Shown here piece after piece: positions 1 to 10,080 of a DNA stretch of 64,000 bases. A program made the translations under genes and the position numbers. Source of the stretch: Rhodobacterales bacterium (GTDB lineage Bacteria; Pseudomonadota; Alphaproteobacteria; Rhodobacterales; CAZPXZ01); the NCBI GenBank assembly GCA_965222665.1, contig CBDCUM010000010.1, forward strand, positions 1,640,853 to 1,704,852, in the 5' to 3' direction. Positions within the stretch are counted from its first letter, which is position 1, and each line of letters begins with the position of its first letter. Under the pieces are notes generated by a model. That model searched no databases. It was given only the letters and a program-made list of their open reading frames with translations, and was not told the DNA's origin.

Positions 1-1759
1 TTCCGGACCTTGCCTCGCATGTGCTGGCGCAGGCGACAGGTCGGGTTGCGGACGACTGGGAAGCGCGGCATGGTGATCGGCCGGTGCTGGCGTACAGCTA
101 TGTCGGCCCCGAGCATGCCGGGACCTCGTACCGTGCGGCGGGCTGGGAGGATGCTGGCGCGACATCGGGCTGCCCGCCGGGCCGGCGCGGAGCGGGGCCG
201 GTGCGCCGGGTGTGGATGAAGTCCCTGCAGGCGGGCTGGCGGGAAGCATTGTGTGAGGAGCCGGAGCGGGTTGCGGGGCGGATGGGGTCGCTGCATCTTG
301 GCGCCGATGCCGACTGGGCGGAGCGCGAGTTCGGCCGGGGCACCCATCCCGACGGGCGGGTGCGGCGCCGGATCGAGGAGATGGGGCGGTGTTGGGAGAA
401 GCGCCCGGGAACGCCGCTTCCGGAGATCTTTCCGGACCGTGCATCGCAGGAGGCTGCGTACCGCCTGCTTTCGAACGAAAGGGTTGCTGTGGACGACATC
501 CTCGAGGGGCATCGCGAGACAACGGTGGAGCGCTGCCAGCATGCGGGTGTGGTGCTGATGGTGCAGGACACCACCATGCTGAACTATGACAACCTTCGCG
601 ACGCGACCAGCGGGCTGGCGGCGCTGGGCGGCGGCGGCAAGGGCACCGTGGGGGTTCCCGTGCATGCGACGCTGGCGGTGGCACAGGGCGGGCGCCCGCT
701 TGGCGTTTGCGCGCTTGAGGGCGACTTCCGCGAAAGCGTCGAAGCCAAGGCCGCCCGGGAACCGGGCGTGGCGCAGGAGCCCGAGAGCGCCCGCTGGCTG
801 CGCTCGCTGGAACAGGCGGCGGCGGTTGGACACGCCTGCTCGAACACCCGCGTCATTTCCGTCGCCGACCGCGAGGGAGACATCTGGGGTCTGTACGCCC
901 GCCAGGCCGAGGATCCCGCCGCCGCCGGCCTGCTGGTGCGCGCCTGCCGCTCGAAACAGCGCAAGGTGCTGGTGGACGGCAAAAAGCTGGACCTCGGCAA
1001 GCACATGGACACTCTCCCGCCCTGCGCATCGCGCAGCATCGAGATTTCCGCGCGGGGCGGCAGGGCGGCACGCAAGAAGCGCAAGGCCGTGCTGGCGTTG
1101 CGCATCGCTCGCGTCGAACTCATCGCGCCCGAAGGCAAGTCGCCGCACACGCTGCCCATGACCGCCGTGCTCGTTGCCGAGCGCAACCCGCCGTCCGGCG
1201 CTCGCCAGCCACTCCGCTGGCTGCTGCTTTGCTCCGAAGGCGAGGCCACGCCCGAATGGGCCGACCGCATCCGCCAGTGGTACGAAACGCGCTGGTCCAT
1301 CGAAGAGTTCTTCCGCGTCCTCAAGACCGGAACCCGCATCGAGGACCGCCGCCTCGACGATGCCGAGGACTTGCGCAAGTGCCTCGCGTTCGACGCCATC
1401 ACCGCGTGGCGCGTGTTCGATCTGGATCGCGCCGCCAGGGAAACTCCCGACAGGCCCGCCGACGAGATCATGTCCCGAGACGAAATCTTCATGCTCTATC
1501 TGGGCCTGTACGACTACCGCGTGATCCGCTGCCGGGCCCCGCCCGACTATATCCCCGACCTCCGAACCTTCGCCATCGATCTCGGTCGATATGTCGGCTT
1601 CATCCCATCCAAACGACAGCCAATGCCCGGTACCGCAAAACTCTGGACAGGAATGACATACCTCATGCAAGACACTGCCGCACTCCAACGGATGAGAAGG
1701 GCCGGAATGCTCCGCGAAACTGAACAATGATCTCTGCGTCAACTGTGTGGTAGTGACAG
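1..1759 (+). mobile_element. IS4-family (IS50/Tn5-like) element with DUF4338-fused transposase, copy 1, cut by the window start
   Basis: Right end GTCAACTGTGTGGTAGTGACAG (to 1759) resembles the TIRs of the other copies; it sits in the 3' end of the serine recombinase gene. Confidence 0.85.
21..1730 (+). CDS. DUF4338/DruA-like domain fused to IS50-type DDE transposase (5'-partial)
   Basis: DW..YG.RPVL...YRAAGW tail of the N-terminal domain, then WAEREF, AAYRLLSN, VQDTT, ADREGD, YETRWSIEEFFRVLKTG, GFIPSKRQPMPG. Confidence 0.9.
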   Translation: MLAQATGRVADDWEARHGDRPVLAYSYVGPEHAGTSYRAAGWEDAGATSGCPPGRRGAGPVRRVWMKSLQAGWREALCEEPERVAGRMGSLHLGADADWAEREFGRGTHPDGRVRRRIEEMGRCWEKRPGTPLPEIFPDRASQEAAYRLLSNERVAVDDILEGHRETTVERCQHAGVVLMVQDTTMLNYDNLRDATSGLAALGGGGKGTVGVPVHATLAVAQGGRPLGVCALEGDFRESVEAKAAREPGVAQEPESARWLRSLEQAAAVGHACSNTRVISVADREGDIWGLYARQAEDPAAAGLLVRACRSKQRKVLVDGKKLDLGKHMDTLPPCASRSIEISARGGRAARKKRKAVLALRIARVELIAPEGKSPHTLPMTAVLVAERNPPSGARQPLRWLLLCSEGEATPEWADRIRQWYETRWSIEEFFRVLKTGTRIEDRRLDDAEDLRKCLAFDAITAWRVFDLDRAARETPDRPADEIMSRDEIFMLYLGLYDYRVIRCRAPPDYIPDLRTFAIDLGRYVGFIPSKRQPMPGTAKLWTGMTYLMQDTAALQRMRRAGMLRETEQ

Positions 1760-3666
1760 GCCCCGGAGACCTCCGGATGGACCGACGGTACCAGCCCCTT
1801 GCGGATCCAGCGATAGAGCGTTGTTCCCGTCACACCGAGTTCGGCGGCGGCTTCAGATACGCTCAGAGCCGGCACCCCGGAGGCATCCGCCTCCGACGGC
1901 GGGCAGACGGCAATGCCATGGCGGCCCCGCAACGCGGCAACCCGGGATGCCGTGTACGGCAACCCCCGGGCCGTCACGCGCTTCTGACGATTGAGAATCC
2001 GGGCGATCTCCCCATCCGGATAGAATGCCGCCAGCCGGCGCAGGAGGTCCACCGTGTCCGCATCGTCGCGCTTGATCTCCCGATGTCCAGTGAGGATCGG
2101 CAGTTGGTGTTGATCGCTCCGCCCGCCCTTCCATTGCAAGACCACACTGATCTGCATGGCATTCCGGTCGATGTTCAGGATCACTTCATCAAGCAGGCAG
2201 GAGAGCAGACGCTTGCGGTCCCGCGCCGTTGTCCCCTCAGCCTCCCACAGCGCCGGAAGATCCCGGCCGAGAGACGCAAGCCGTTGAGGGTCCGGCGCCC
2301 GGGGCTGTTCGGCCTCGGCCACCTCAAGCTGCTGTTGCGCGCGCTCCAGCGCCCGCAACGCCTGTTCCCACTCCCCTTCCAGCGTCGCCGCAATCAGGCG
2401 GTTGTCGGGATCAACCTGCCGATAACGGCGCGCCGCAAGAGACGCTTCGTAGGTGCACCGCTCCAACTCAAGGCGATAACTACGCTGCGCCGTCTCCCTC
2501 TCAACGACCAGCTGCTGCTCGGCCTGCAGTGCCGCCTCCAATCCTGCCGGGCCCACCGCCTCCAGAAAGCACTGCGAGACCAATCGGTCAATGCGAACGC
2601 CTCCGACCGAAAAACAGCCGTCGTGGCTGCCAAGGGTGTTCATGCGCCCCGAGCAGAGATAACGCCAGGACTTGTTGTACCGGCTGCTCATCGAGCGGCC
2701 GCAGTGGCCACACACCGCCAGACCCTGCAGCAACGCTGGGCCTTCGCGCAACGCACCACGGTCCGAAGCCCGCTTCCCCTGGTTGCGGAACAGCTGTTCC
2801 TGGATCCGGTACCAGCTCGGCAGATCCACATACGCCTCATGATGGTCCGGGATCCACACCCTCCATTGCTCGCAAATCGGCCCGTCCACCGGCCCGCCCT
2901 GGCGGGCCCAGGCATAGACGCCGGCCATCATCGGGTTCTTCAGAACCGCCTGAATACGGCCGTAGTCCGCATCCCGCCAACTCACCTGACCATGTCTGCA
3001 AACCGGAAAACGCACCCCCGAACCGCGAAGAAGTTGCGCCGCCGCACGGGCCGAACCAGCCTCGAGAAAGGCACGGAACACACCCTCGATCGACGCCTGG
3101 ACCTGCTGGTCCGGATCCTTCGACAGCCGCTCCCCGTTCAGCACATACCCGGCAGGAAGATGGCTGTACAAAGCCCCGCGCATCGCCTTGTTGCGCTTGC
3201 CGCCCTCCAGGCGAGCCTTGATGATCGACAACTCCGAGGCGGAAATTGTACCCTTAATTCCGAGCACCAGGTCGTCGTCGTTGCGACCCGGAGCATAGAC
3301 ATGACTGTCCTCGACGATCACCGTGTTGCTCCGGCGGCACAGATCCAGAAGTTGAAACCATTCCACCGTGTTCCTCGCCAAGCGCGACACCTCAATCCCG
3401 AACACCGCACCCACTTCGCTCACGGCAATCTGCCGGCACAGCTGGTCAAACCCCCGACGCCGCCCAGCAACCGCGCCGCTCATCCCGAGGTCGCCATCGA
3501 TCGTCTCGACGCGACCCTCGGGCCAGCCAAACTCCCGCGCACGCTCCACCAGCGCATACTGACGCTCGGTCGATTCCCGGTGGTTCCGCACCTGCCCCGG
3601 ACTCGACTGGCGCACATACACGATCGCAAGACGCGACAGCTGCTCAGCCGTGATCCGGTCCGTCAC
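1760..3666 (-). CDS. Large serine recombinase (resolvase, recombinase, Zn-ribbon, C-terminal HTH); C-terminus disrupted by the IS at 1759
   Basis: AIVYVRQSS catalytic motif, SRLARN, CGHCG zinc ribbon, AAELGVTGTTLYRWIRKG HTH; the ORF runs on into the IS end. Confidence 0.9.
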
Positions 3667-3847
3667 CGTCCCGCTCCCGAACCGCCAGATGGACCATCAA
3701 TCTCGCCAGCTCCGCCACAAACTCTCTGCGCGCATCCTCCGGGATCGCTTCCCATCGATGCTGGCGATCCTGCCATTCCAGCAGGCTGAACAGCGTGTGT
3801 TCCTGATCCGCGTCCATCCGCCTCTCGTCGCTCCAACGCACCAACAA
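3644..3847 (-). CDS. Small hypothetical protein overlapping the recombinase start
   Basis: WEAIPEDARREFVAELARLM; position typical of small ORFs upstream of y4bA-like recombinases. Confidence 0.5.
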   Translation of the reverse strand: MLVRWSDERRMDADQEHTLFSLLEWQDRQHRWEAIPEDARREFVAELARLMVHLAVRERDGDGPDHG

Positions 3848-4065
3848 GTTCAGCCAATGCTACAAAATCCGACAACCAGCCATATAGTGCAACCTCGCAA
3901 GGCATGCTCGCCTCAAGGCTCGTCCAGCGGGCAGGAATCCACCGCCGCCGACCGTCCGCAAATTCAGCCTCCACGATCAGCCGGCCCGATCCTTCCCGGC
4001 GACGGCGGTTGCCAATCCTGATCGTCTGACCGTCGAAAGGGTGCCCGCGGCGGCAGAGAACAATC
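3663..4065 (-). CDS. DUF5372/y4bD-like small accessory protein, start and stop uncertain
   Basis: The frame of ORF 3663..3974 extends upstream as RRGHPFDGQT...WIPARWTSL (HPFxG and PxxWT motifs). Confidence 0.5.
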
Positions 4066-4108
4066 GCTTGCTGCTCAATTCCGTGTTTTATAGCAATAGA
4101 AAAGGGAC

Positions 4109-4651
4109 GTGTGGAGCTTCTGCGAGGAAGCCTTTCCGGGCGCGACCCAGGTGTTGGACTGTTGGCACGCCTTGCAGCATTTGAAAGAGGCGCTGGACAC
4201 CGCCTACGGGGAGGGATCGCCGAAGGCGTGGAACCGGTTCGAGACGCTCCGCGAGACCCTGAAGGAAGGGAAGGACGGCATCGGCAAGGTCATCCGCGCG
4301 CTGCGACACCTCGCGAAGAAGCATCCCCGTCGGAAGCCCATTACCCGCGTGCTCAACTTCTTCCGAAAGCATCAGCACCGCATGCGATATGCCGAAGTCC
4401 ACACCCGAGGGATGCCAATCGGAAGCGGCGCAGTCGAGTCTTCCAACAAGGTCTTGATCAAAAGCAGGATGAAGGGCGCCGGGATGCGCTGGTCGGAGAA
4501 CGGCACAGGACAGCCAATCCTCACATTCCGTGCCTTGTGGAAGTCAGGCCGCTTCGGGGCAGCGTGGCGGCAAATCTCCCGCGCACTGGAGCCGCCGGAG
4601 TTCGAATTCCGAAGCCGGAAACGACACAACATCTTGAAAATGGCAAATTAG
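4109..4651 (+). pseudogene. ISKra4/ISLre2-like (UPF0236-type) transposase, C-terminal fragment
   Basis: LDCWHALQHL, GMPIGSGAVESSNK, RMKGAGMRWS motifs; N-terminus missing. Confidence 0.8.
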
Positions 4652-4718
4652 CCGGATTTACGCTCTGAAAAATTTGCACCCCCGTCCCACCCAATACGGG
4701 CATGGCAGAACTGCAATT

Positions 4719-4759
4719 CCTTAAGCGAACGCCAAAATTTCCCTAACCGAATGCCATTG
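4719..4759 (+). mobile_element. Orphan IS4-family terminal sequence
   Basis: CCTTAAGCGAACGCCAAAATTTCCCTAACCGAATGCCATTG aligns with the reverse complement of 60006..60046. Confidence 0.6.
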
Positions 4760-4844
4760 CATCCCCCGGCGCCTCTATGTCGACCAGGGGGCATGCTTCC
4801 GGTCGAAATGGCTGGCACTTGTATGCGCCAGGCTGGGCGTCGCA

Positions 4845-5393
4845 TTGATCCATGCGCGCGCATTTCACCCGGCGGGGAAGGGCAAGATCGAGCGAAAATT
4901 TCGGACCACAAGATCACAGTTCCTGCCCTTGGTGGACGACGCAGCGAAGCGCAGCCTGGAGGCGCTGAACCGGAAGTACTGGGCCTGGCTGGAGGGGGAG
5001 TACCACCAGGCCCCGCATCGCGGGCTCGACAACCTGTCGCCCCTGGACAAGTGGGCGCAGTGCGGCGAGCGCGTTCGGCACGCCGGGCCGGAGATCGATC
5101 TCGAGGACCTGTTCCTGTTCGAGGCGACGCGGCTGGTCTCCAATGCGCGTACCGTGAGTCTCAACGCCCGGCTCTACGAGGTCGACGCGGCGCTCTGCGG
5201 CCAGCGCGTCGTCCTCCGCTTCGATCCCCTCGCTCCTCCGGAACGCCCGATGCAGGTCATCCACGAGGGCAAGCCGGCCGGCGTTGCAACGCCCCTCGAC
5301 CTGCACGGGAACGCCCGCACGAAGCGGGACGGACCGTCGCAGCCGCTCTCCTTCCGGTCGCTCGACGACAAGAAGGAGGAGGAGGACGAGTGA
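4845..5393 (+). pseudogene. Mu/IS481-like DDE transposase, C-terminal fragment
   Basis: GKGKIERKFRT, EYHQAPHRGL, RTVSLNARLYEV...VVLRFDP (Mu C-terminal-like domain). Confidence 0.8.
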
Positions 5394-6193
5394 TGCACAA
5401 GAACCACTTTGCGCTCAAGCACTATCCCTTCGAGCGCACGCTGCACGCGGACGAACTCTTCAAAGGCCAGACACAGGGCGAGGCACAGTCGCGGATCCGG
5501 CACCTGCTGGAGCTGCGCGGGATCGGCCTGCTCACCGGAGAAGCCGGCAGCGGCAAGACAACCGTCTGCCGTCAGGCCACCTCCGGACTGCACGCGGGCC
5601 TGTTTCGGGTCTGCTACGTGTCCCTCTCCACCGGAAGCGTCCTCGACACCTACAACGCCATCGCCAGCGAGTTCGGCCTGCCCGCCTTCGCCGGACGTGC
5701 CGCGGCCTACCGCGCCATCCGCACGGAAGTCTCGCGCATGGTGGCAGAATCGAACCAGCTTCCGGCGCTCATCTTCGACGAGGCGCACCACCTCCGCAAC
5801 GAGATCCTCGAGGAACTCCGGATCCTCACCAGCTACCAGATGGACTCCGAGAAGCGGCTCTGCCTGCTGCTGGTCGGCCTGACAGAACTGCGGCGCAGGC
5901 TCGCCATGTCCGCACATGAGTCCCTCGCGCAGCGCATCGTGGTCCGCTTCCACCTCGGCGGCTTCAGCCGCGAGGAAGTCGGCGCCTATCTCGAGCACCG
6001 ATTGCACCTCGCCGGAGCCAAGGTGCCGATCTTCGAGCCCGGCGCCGTCAAGGCCGTCGCCCTGGCCAGCAACGGCATCCCAAGGCGCATCGACCGCATC
6101 GCTCACTACGCGCTGCATGCCGCGACCGCGGCCAAGGCGCACAGCGTGGACATCGCCCATGTGGAGGCCGCCAACGCCGAGCTGGGTCCGTGA
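5393..6193 (+). CDS. ExeA-type AAA+ ATPase (transposition helper)
   Basis: Walker A GEAGSGKT, Walker B LIFDEAH, LLVGLTEL, SNGIPRRI; ATG overlaps the transposase TGA. Confidence 0.85.
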   Translation: MHKNHFALKHYPFERTLHADELFKGQTQGEAQSRIRHLLELRGIGLLTGEAGSGKTTVCRQATSGLHAGLFRVCYVSLSTGSVLDTYNAIASEFGLPAFAGRAAAYRAIRTEVSRMVAESNQLPALIFDEAHHLRNEILEELRILTSYQMDSEKRLCLLLVGLTELRRRLAMSAHESLAQRIVVRFHLGGFSREEVGAYLEHRLHLAGAKVPIFEPGAVKAVALASNGIPRRIDRIAHYALHAATAAKAHSVDIAHVEAANAELGP

Positions 6194-7038
6194 GGAATCG
6201 CAGCAAGCTGCGGGCCGACGCGCTCCGGGGCATCCCCCTGGAGCGCGTCGCTACCGCCCTCGGATACCACCGCGACAGCCGCGACCATACTCGCTGGAAG
6301 CGCCCAGGCTCCATCCTCAGCATCAACGGCGCCAAGTTCTACGATCATCTCTCCGGACAGGGAGGCGGTGGCGCCGTCGACCTCGTCATGTATGCCAGCA
6401 ACTGCTCCTTCCTCAAGGCCCTCGAAACCCTCGCCAACATCGCGCCGCCCCCCGGAAAGCCGTTCCGAAAGCTCCTCGATCCCGCATCCTGGCCCGCCGC
6501 GCTGGAATACCTCTCCCGGCACCGCAGCCTCAATCCCGCAATCCTCGACGCAGGCTTCCGACAGCGCATCCTCGGCGCCGACCATCGCGCCAATGCCGTC
6601 TTCATCACCCGTGATGCCGAGCGCACCCCCGCCGGAGCCGAACTCCTCGGCACCCAACCAGATCACCCCTTCCGGGGCATGGCGCCCGGTTCCCGCAAAG
6701 CCAGGGGCGGGTTCTGGATCACGCGCCGAACGCTACCCCAATCCGCCCTCATCGTCGAAAGCGCACTCGACGCACTCTCCGCCTTCGAACTCTCCTGCAT
6801 GCAGGACACCGACCTCTTCCTGTCCACCGCCGGCCTCTCGCCGCGAATGCCACCATGGATCGCCGCCTTCCGCCTACAGGACATCGCATGCGGATACGAC
6901 GCAGATCCCCCCGGTGATCAGGCCGCCGAGCGTCTCATCCGCATAAATCCAAACATCCGGCGAAGCCGACCCACCGGCGAAAAGGACTGGAACGACATCC
7001 TGCAATCACGCAAACGCAACCCTCTACAGAACCCTTAG
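6190..7038 (+). CDS. DUF3991/TOPRIM primase-like protein
   Basis: GGGAVDLVM, IVESALDALS, STAG, GYDADPPG, KDWND; 4-nt overlap with the ATPase. Confidence 0.75.
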   Translation: MRNRSKLRADALRGIPLERVATALGYHRDSRDHTRWKRPGSILSINGAKFYDHLSGQGGGGAVDLVMYASNCSFLKALETLANIAPPPGKPFRKLLDPASWPAALEYLSRHRSLNPAILDAGFRQRILGADHRANAVFITRDAERTPAGAELLGTQPDHPFRGMAPGSRKARGGFWITRRTLPQSALIVESALDALSAFELSCMQDTDLFLSTAGLSPRMPPWIAAFRLQDIACGYDADPPGDQAAERLIRINPNIRRSRPTGEKDWNDILQSRKRNPLQNP

Positions 7039-7244
7039 GCAACACTCCGAACACACCGATACCGGTCCGCGAGCCGGATGCCCACTCCGAACCGGCCAAC
7101 CATGCCGCAGCGCCGGAAGCAACCCCGAGCCACTACACGCCTGCCGGGAAAGAAAAATCCCCGACGAAAAGCGATCACTCCAATAAATCCGGAAGAGCGT
7201 GGGAAATTTTGTCCCACTCCGATCGGATTAATCCGGGAAAGACA

Positions 7245-7430
7245 TTCCGACCCAATGCGAAAAACAACAATCGCCGCTCATCCCGCCATACTCCTCTCGC
7301 CACCGATAGAAGGTGACCTCACTGATCCCAAGCTGCCGGATCGCTACCGCCATCGACATGCCCTGGCCGAGTAGTTCATCAGCCCGACGGAGCAGGCTGA
7401 CGATCTCCTCAGGCTTGTAGCGTTTCCCTG
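7245..7430 (-). pseudogene. IS3-family OrfA (HTH) fragment
   Basis: KRYKPEEIVSLLR...LGISEVTFYRWREEYGGM. Confidence 0.75.
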
Positions 7431-7713
7431 CTGTCGCTGCTGGTCCTCCTCGTTCCAAAACATGAACATGGACCAATGTGAGGGGGGAGGATAAGTCCAA
7501 GGGCACAGCGTCGGCCAAACAGCGCCCGAGAATGGAACGAAATCATCCGCATGAAATCCGGACCATCAGAATGCGCCTCAAAACCCTCAAGAAACCCGAG
7601 CAGTACGCTATCCCTGGTTGTGAGCATGCTCACCACGCGCGAGATCGCCGAACATCGCGTCTCCGAATGCGATCACATCATCGCCCGATTTCAATCAACC
7701 AAGGAAATGCAAG

Positions 7714-8139
7714 ATGCAACTCTCGCACCATATGGCCCTCCGCCAACGGACAGAAGCTAGGTTGAATGCTGCATTGCAGCGCCTCGTCGACGGCCAACCA
7801 CTACATCCGTCCCTCCAAGGCCGCCCGCACACCCTCTCAGTCACCAACCTCTCCCGAGAAGCAAACGTAAGCCGCAACAGCATCTATACACGCCATTCCA
7901 GCTTCTTCGACAAACTCCAAGAGGCTAGAGCCAAACAAGAAGGCACACTTCCACCGCCCCGCCCACCTCGCGAGAAAATCAATGAATTGCGTGCTATTGT
8001 CGACGACCTCCGTTCCGACGTTCGTAATCGCGTCACCCAAAATGCCTCCCTTCAGCTACGCGCCACCCAAGCCGAGACCGCGCTCAACGCCGAAAAGTGC
8101 CGAATTGAAGCATTACCGCTCACTCAGCTATCCGATTGA
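7714..8139 (+). CDS. TnpC/DUF6262-like HTH plus coiled-coil protein
   Basis: LSVTNLSREANVSRNSIY HTH followed by a heptad-rich tail. Confidence 0.55.
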   Translation: MQLSHHMALRQRTEARLNAALQRLVDGQPLHPSLQGRPHTLSVTNLSREANVSRNSIYTRHSSFFDKLQEARAKQEGTLPPPRPPREKINELRAIVDDLRSDVRNRVTQNASLQLRATQAETALNAEKCRIEALPLTQLSD

Positions 8140-8200
8140 ATTCTCTGCACACCCTCAAAGGTTTACTTAAAACATTACACACTGAAAGGTAACCTAAGAA

Positions 8201-9064
8201 ATGAGCAACCGGATCATCCGGCCCCGCCGCAGCCTCATCTTCGCCCCCGGAAACCGGCCGGAGATGATTCCCAAGGCGCTTGCAACCGGAGCCGACATCG
8301 TCACGGTCGACCTTGAGGACGCGATTGCGCCAAGCGACAAGGCATCTGCCCGAGAACGTACTCTCGGCTGGTTTGCGGAGAATGACGACTTTGGCCCCGT
8401 GGAACCCGTGGTCCGGATCAATTGCCTTCGCTCCCTGGACGGGCTCGCGGACCTGCAGGCAATCCTCGAGTCTCCACGGCCCCCGCCCGCCATCATGCTG
8501 CCGAAAGTGAAGTCGCCGGCGGAAGTGCTGGTGCACGAGGAGCTGATCGCGCAGGCGGCAGCGCCGATCCGCCTCCATGTCATCATCGAGACGAACGAGG
8601 GACTCGACGCATGCGTGGAAATCGCGCGATCGAGCGAACTCGTGGACACGCTGCTCTTTGGCGGCGTGGACATGGCGGCCGAGCTCCGGGTGGAGCCGAC
8701 TTGGAATGCCCTGCTCCACGCTCGCTCGCGAGTGGTCCACGCAGCGGCATCCGCCGGGATTGACTTGATCGACGTGCCCTTTCTCGATCTGAACGATATG
8801 GAGGGGCTGGCACGCGAGGCGAACGCCTGTGCCGAAATCGGATTCACCGGGAAGGGCGCGATCCACCCGAAGCAGATCCCCGTTCTGAACAACTGCTTCA
8901 GCCCGAGCGAAGAGGAGGTCGAGCGCGCCCGACGTGTGGTCGCGGAGTTTGACACGGCCGACAGCGGACTCGTTGTCATTGACGGCAAACTCATCGAGAA
9001 GCCGGTCCTGAGAAGCATGCATCGCATCCTCGCAATCGCGGAGCGGATCGAGAGCGGCCCGTAG
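8201..9064 (+). CDS. CitE/HpcH-HpaI family CoA-ester lyase (citrate lyase beta / malyl-CoA lyase-like)
   Basis: RRSLIFAPG, VDLEDAIA, VRIN, MLPKV, IIET, GFTGKGAIHPKQI. Confidence 0.92.
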   Translation: MSNRIIRPRRSLIFAPGNRPEMIPKALATGADIVTVDLEDAIAPSDKASARERTLGWFAENDDFGPVEPVVRINCLRSLDGLADLQAILESPRPPPAIMLPKVKSPAEVLVHEELIAQAAAPIRLHVIIETNEGLDACVEIARSSELVDTLLFGGVDMAAELRVEPTWNALLHARSRVVHAAASAGIDLIDVPFLDLNDMEGLAREANACAEIGFTGKGAIHPKQIPVLNNCFSPSEEEVERARRVVAEFDTADSGLVVIDGKLIEKPVLRSMHRILAIAERIESGP

Positions 9065-9100
9065 TCACCGCCACATCCGTGGTTCTGTCGAAATTCGAAC

Positions 9101-9484
9101 TCACGGTCGGCTCGCATGCGTTCCCTTCGCGGGAGGGAACGTGCGCATCCGACATGGAGACGACTTCTTCCTATATTCCGAAACACGGTCTTCCACGGCC
9201 ATGCAGAAATGGCTGAAACCGGGGTTGGCCACGGAGCGATCAGAATCCGCATGGATGATGGCGGGTCCGGAAAACTCGATGATCGCGATCGATGCCGCTC
9301 CGAGACGCAGCATCACGAGCCGGCCGGCACTTCGCTTCATACCCAGTCTTGCGTCGAATTCCTCCTCGCCGGCGCTCCAGCCGAAAGTACGCACCACCTC
9401 GCCGAGGAAGAGGTCCCGATATGACGCGACGAGCCGATCCGGATTCCGTGCCGTCGGGCCCACAGGATGAAGCCCCTTGATCAT
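9101..9484 (-). pseudogene. VOC/glyoxalase family protein, truncated copy
   Basis: YRDLF, GFSHFCMAVED; close paralogue at about 17.4-17.9 kb. Confidence 0.65.
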
Positions 9485-10080
9485 GGCAAGCAAATCGCGC
9501 GCGTAAGGAGACGTACAGAGCGACTGGAAACCGACAGGTTCTGCTTGGCACGTAGGGTGCCCCCCGGCTGACGACGTGGTCGAGCTGGCCTTCCTCTTCG
9601 GTGCTCGAATTCTCGAACCGGCCGTATGTCGTCGACTGCGGTGTCGGCGTAACCCGGCAATTCGTCGAAGCAGGCTATACGCTCGCCGACCTCCATACGA
9701 TCCTGATCACCCACTTGCATTCCTACCATGTCCTGGAGCTCGGGCCGCTGCTGCACACGGCCTGGACGAGTTCGCCGAAACGCGAGATCCGCGTGTACAG
9801 ACCACCGGGTCTAAGCGCCATGGTCCGCGATTTCTTCCGGCTCATGGACTACGACGTGCGGATGCGGATGGAAGACGAGAAACAGGCCGATCCGCAGGGA
9901 ATGTTTCGTACGTCCGAGTTCACGGAGGGTCCGGCATTCGAGGATGATCTGGTCGCGGTGACCGCGCTGCGGGTCGTGCGTCCGCCGATGGACCACGTCT
10001 ACGCCCTGAAGATCCGCAGCACCGATCGCACCTTCGTGTCTTCCGCGGACACTTGTTACTTTCCGCCTCTCATAGAGTTT
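9165..10080. repeat. Segmental duplication (VOC plus MBL hydrolase 5' part) of about 17530..18450
   Basis: Colinear high-identity alignment by eye, ending at CTCATAGAGTTT. Confidence 0.9.
9520..10080 (+). pseudogene. MBL-fold hydrolase, degenerate truncated copy
   Basis: THLHSYH (altered from THLHSDH), 5' indels, cut at 10080. Confidence 0.85.

Noticed and set aside
1747-3789. 680-aa plus-strand ORF
   Set aside because: Antisense shadow of the serine recombinase in GC-rich DNA
4751-5392. Long N-terminal extension of the AAA ATPase in the ORF track
   Set aside because: Overlaps the transposase in another frame; the coupled ATG at 5393 is the better start
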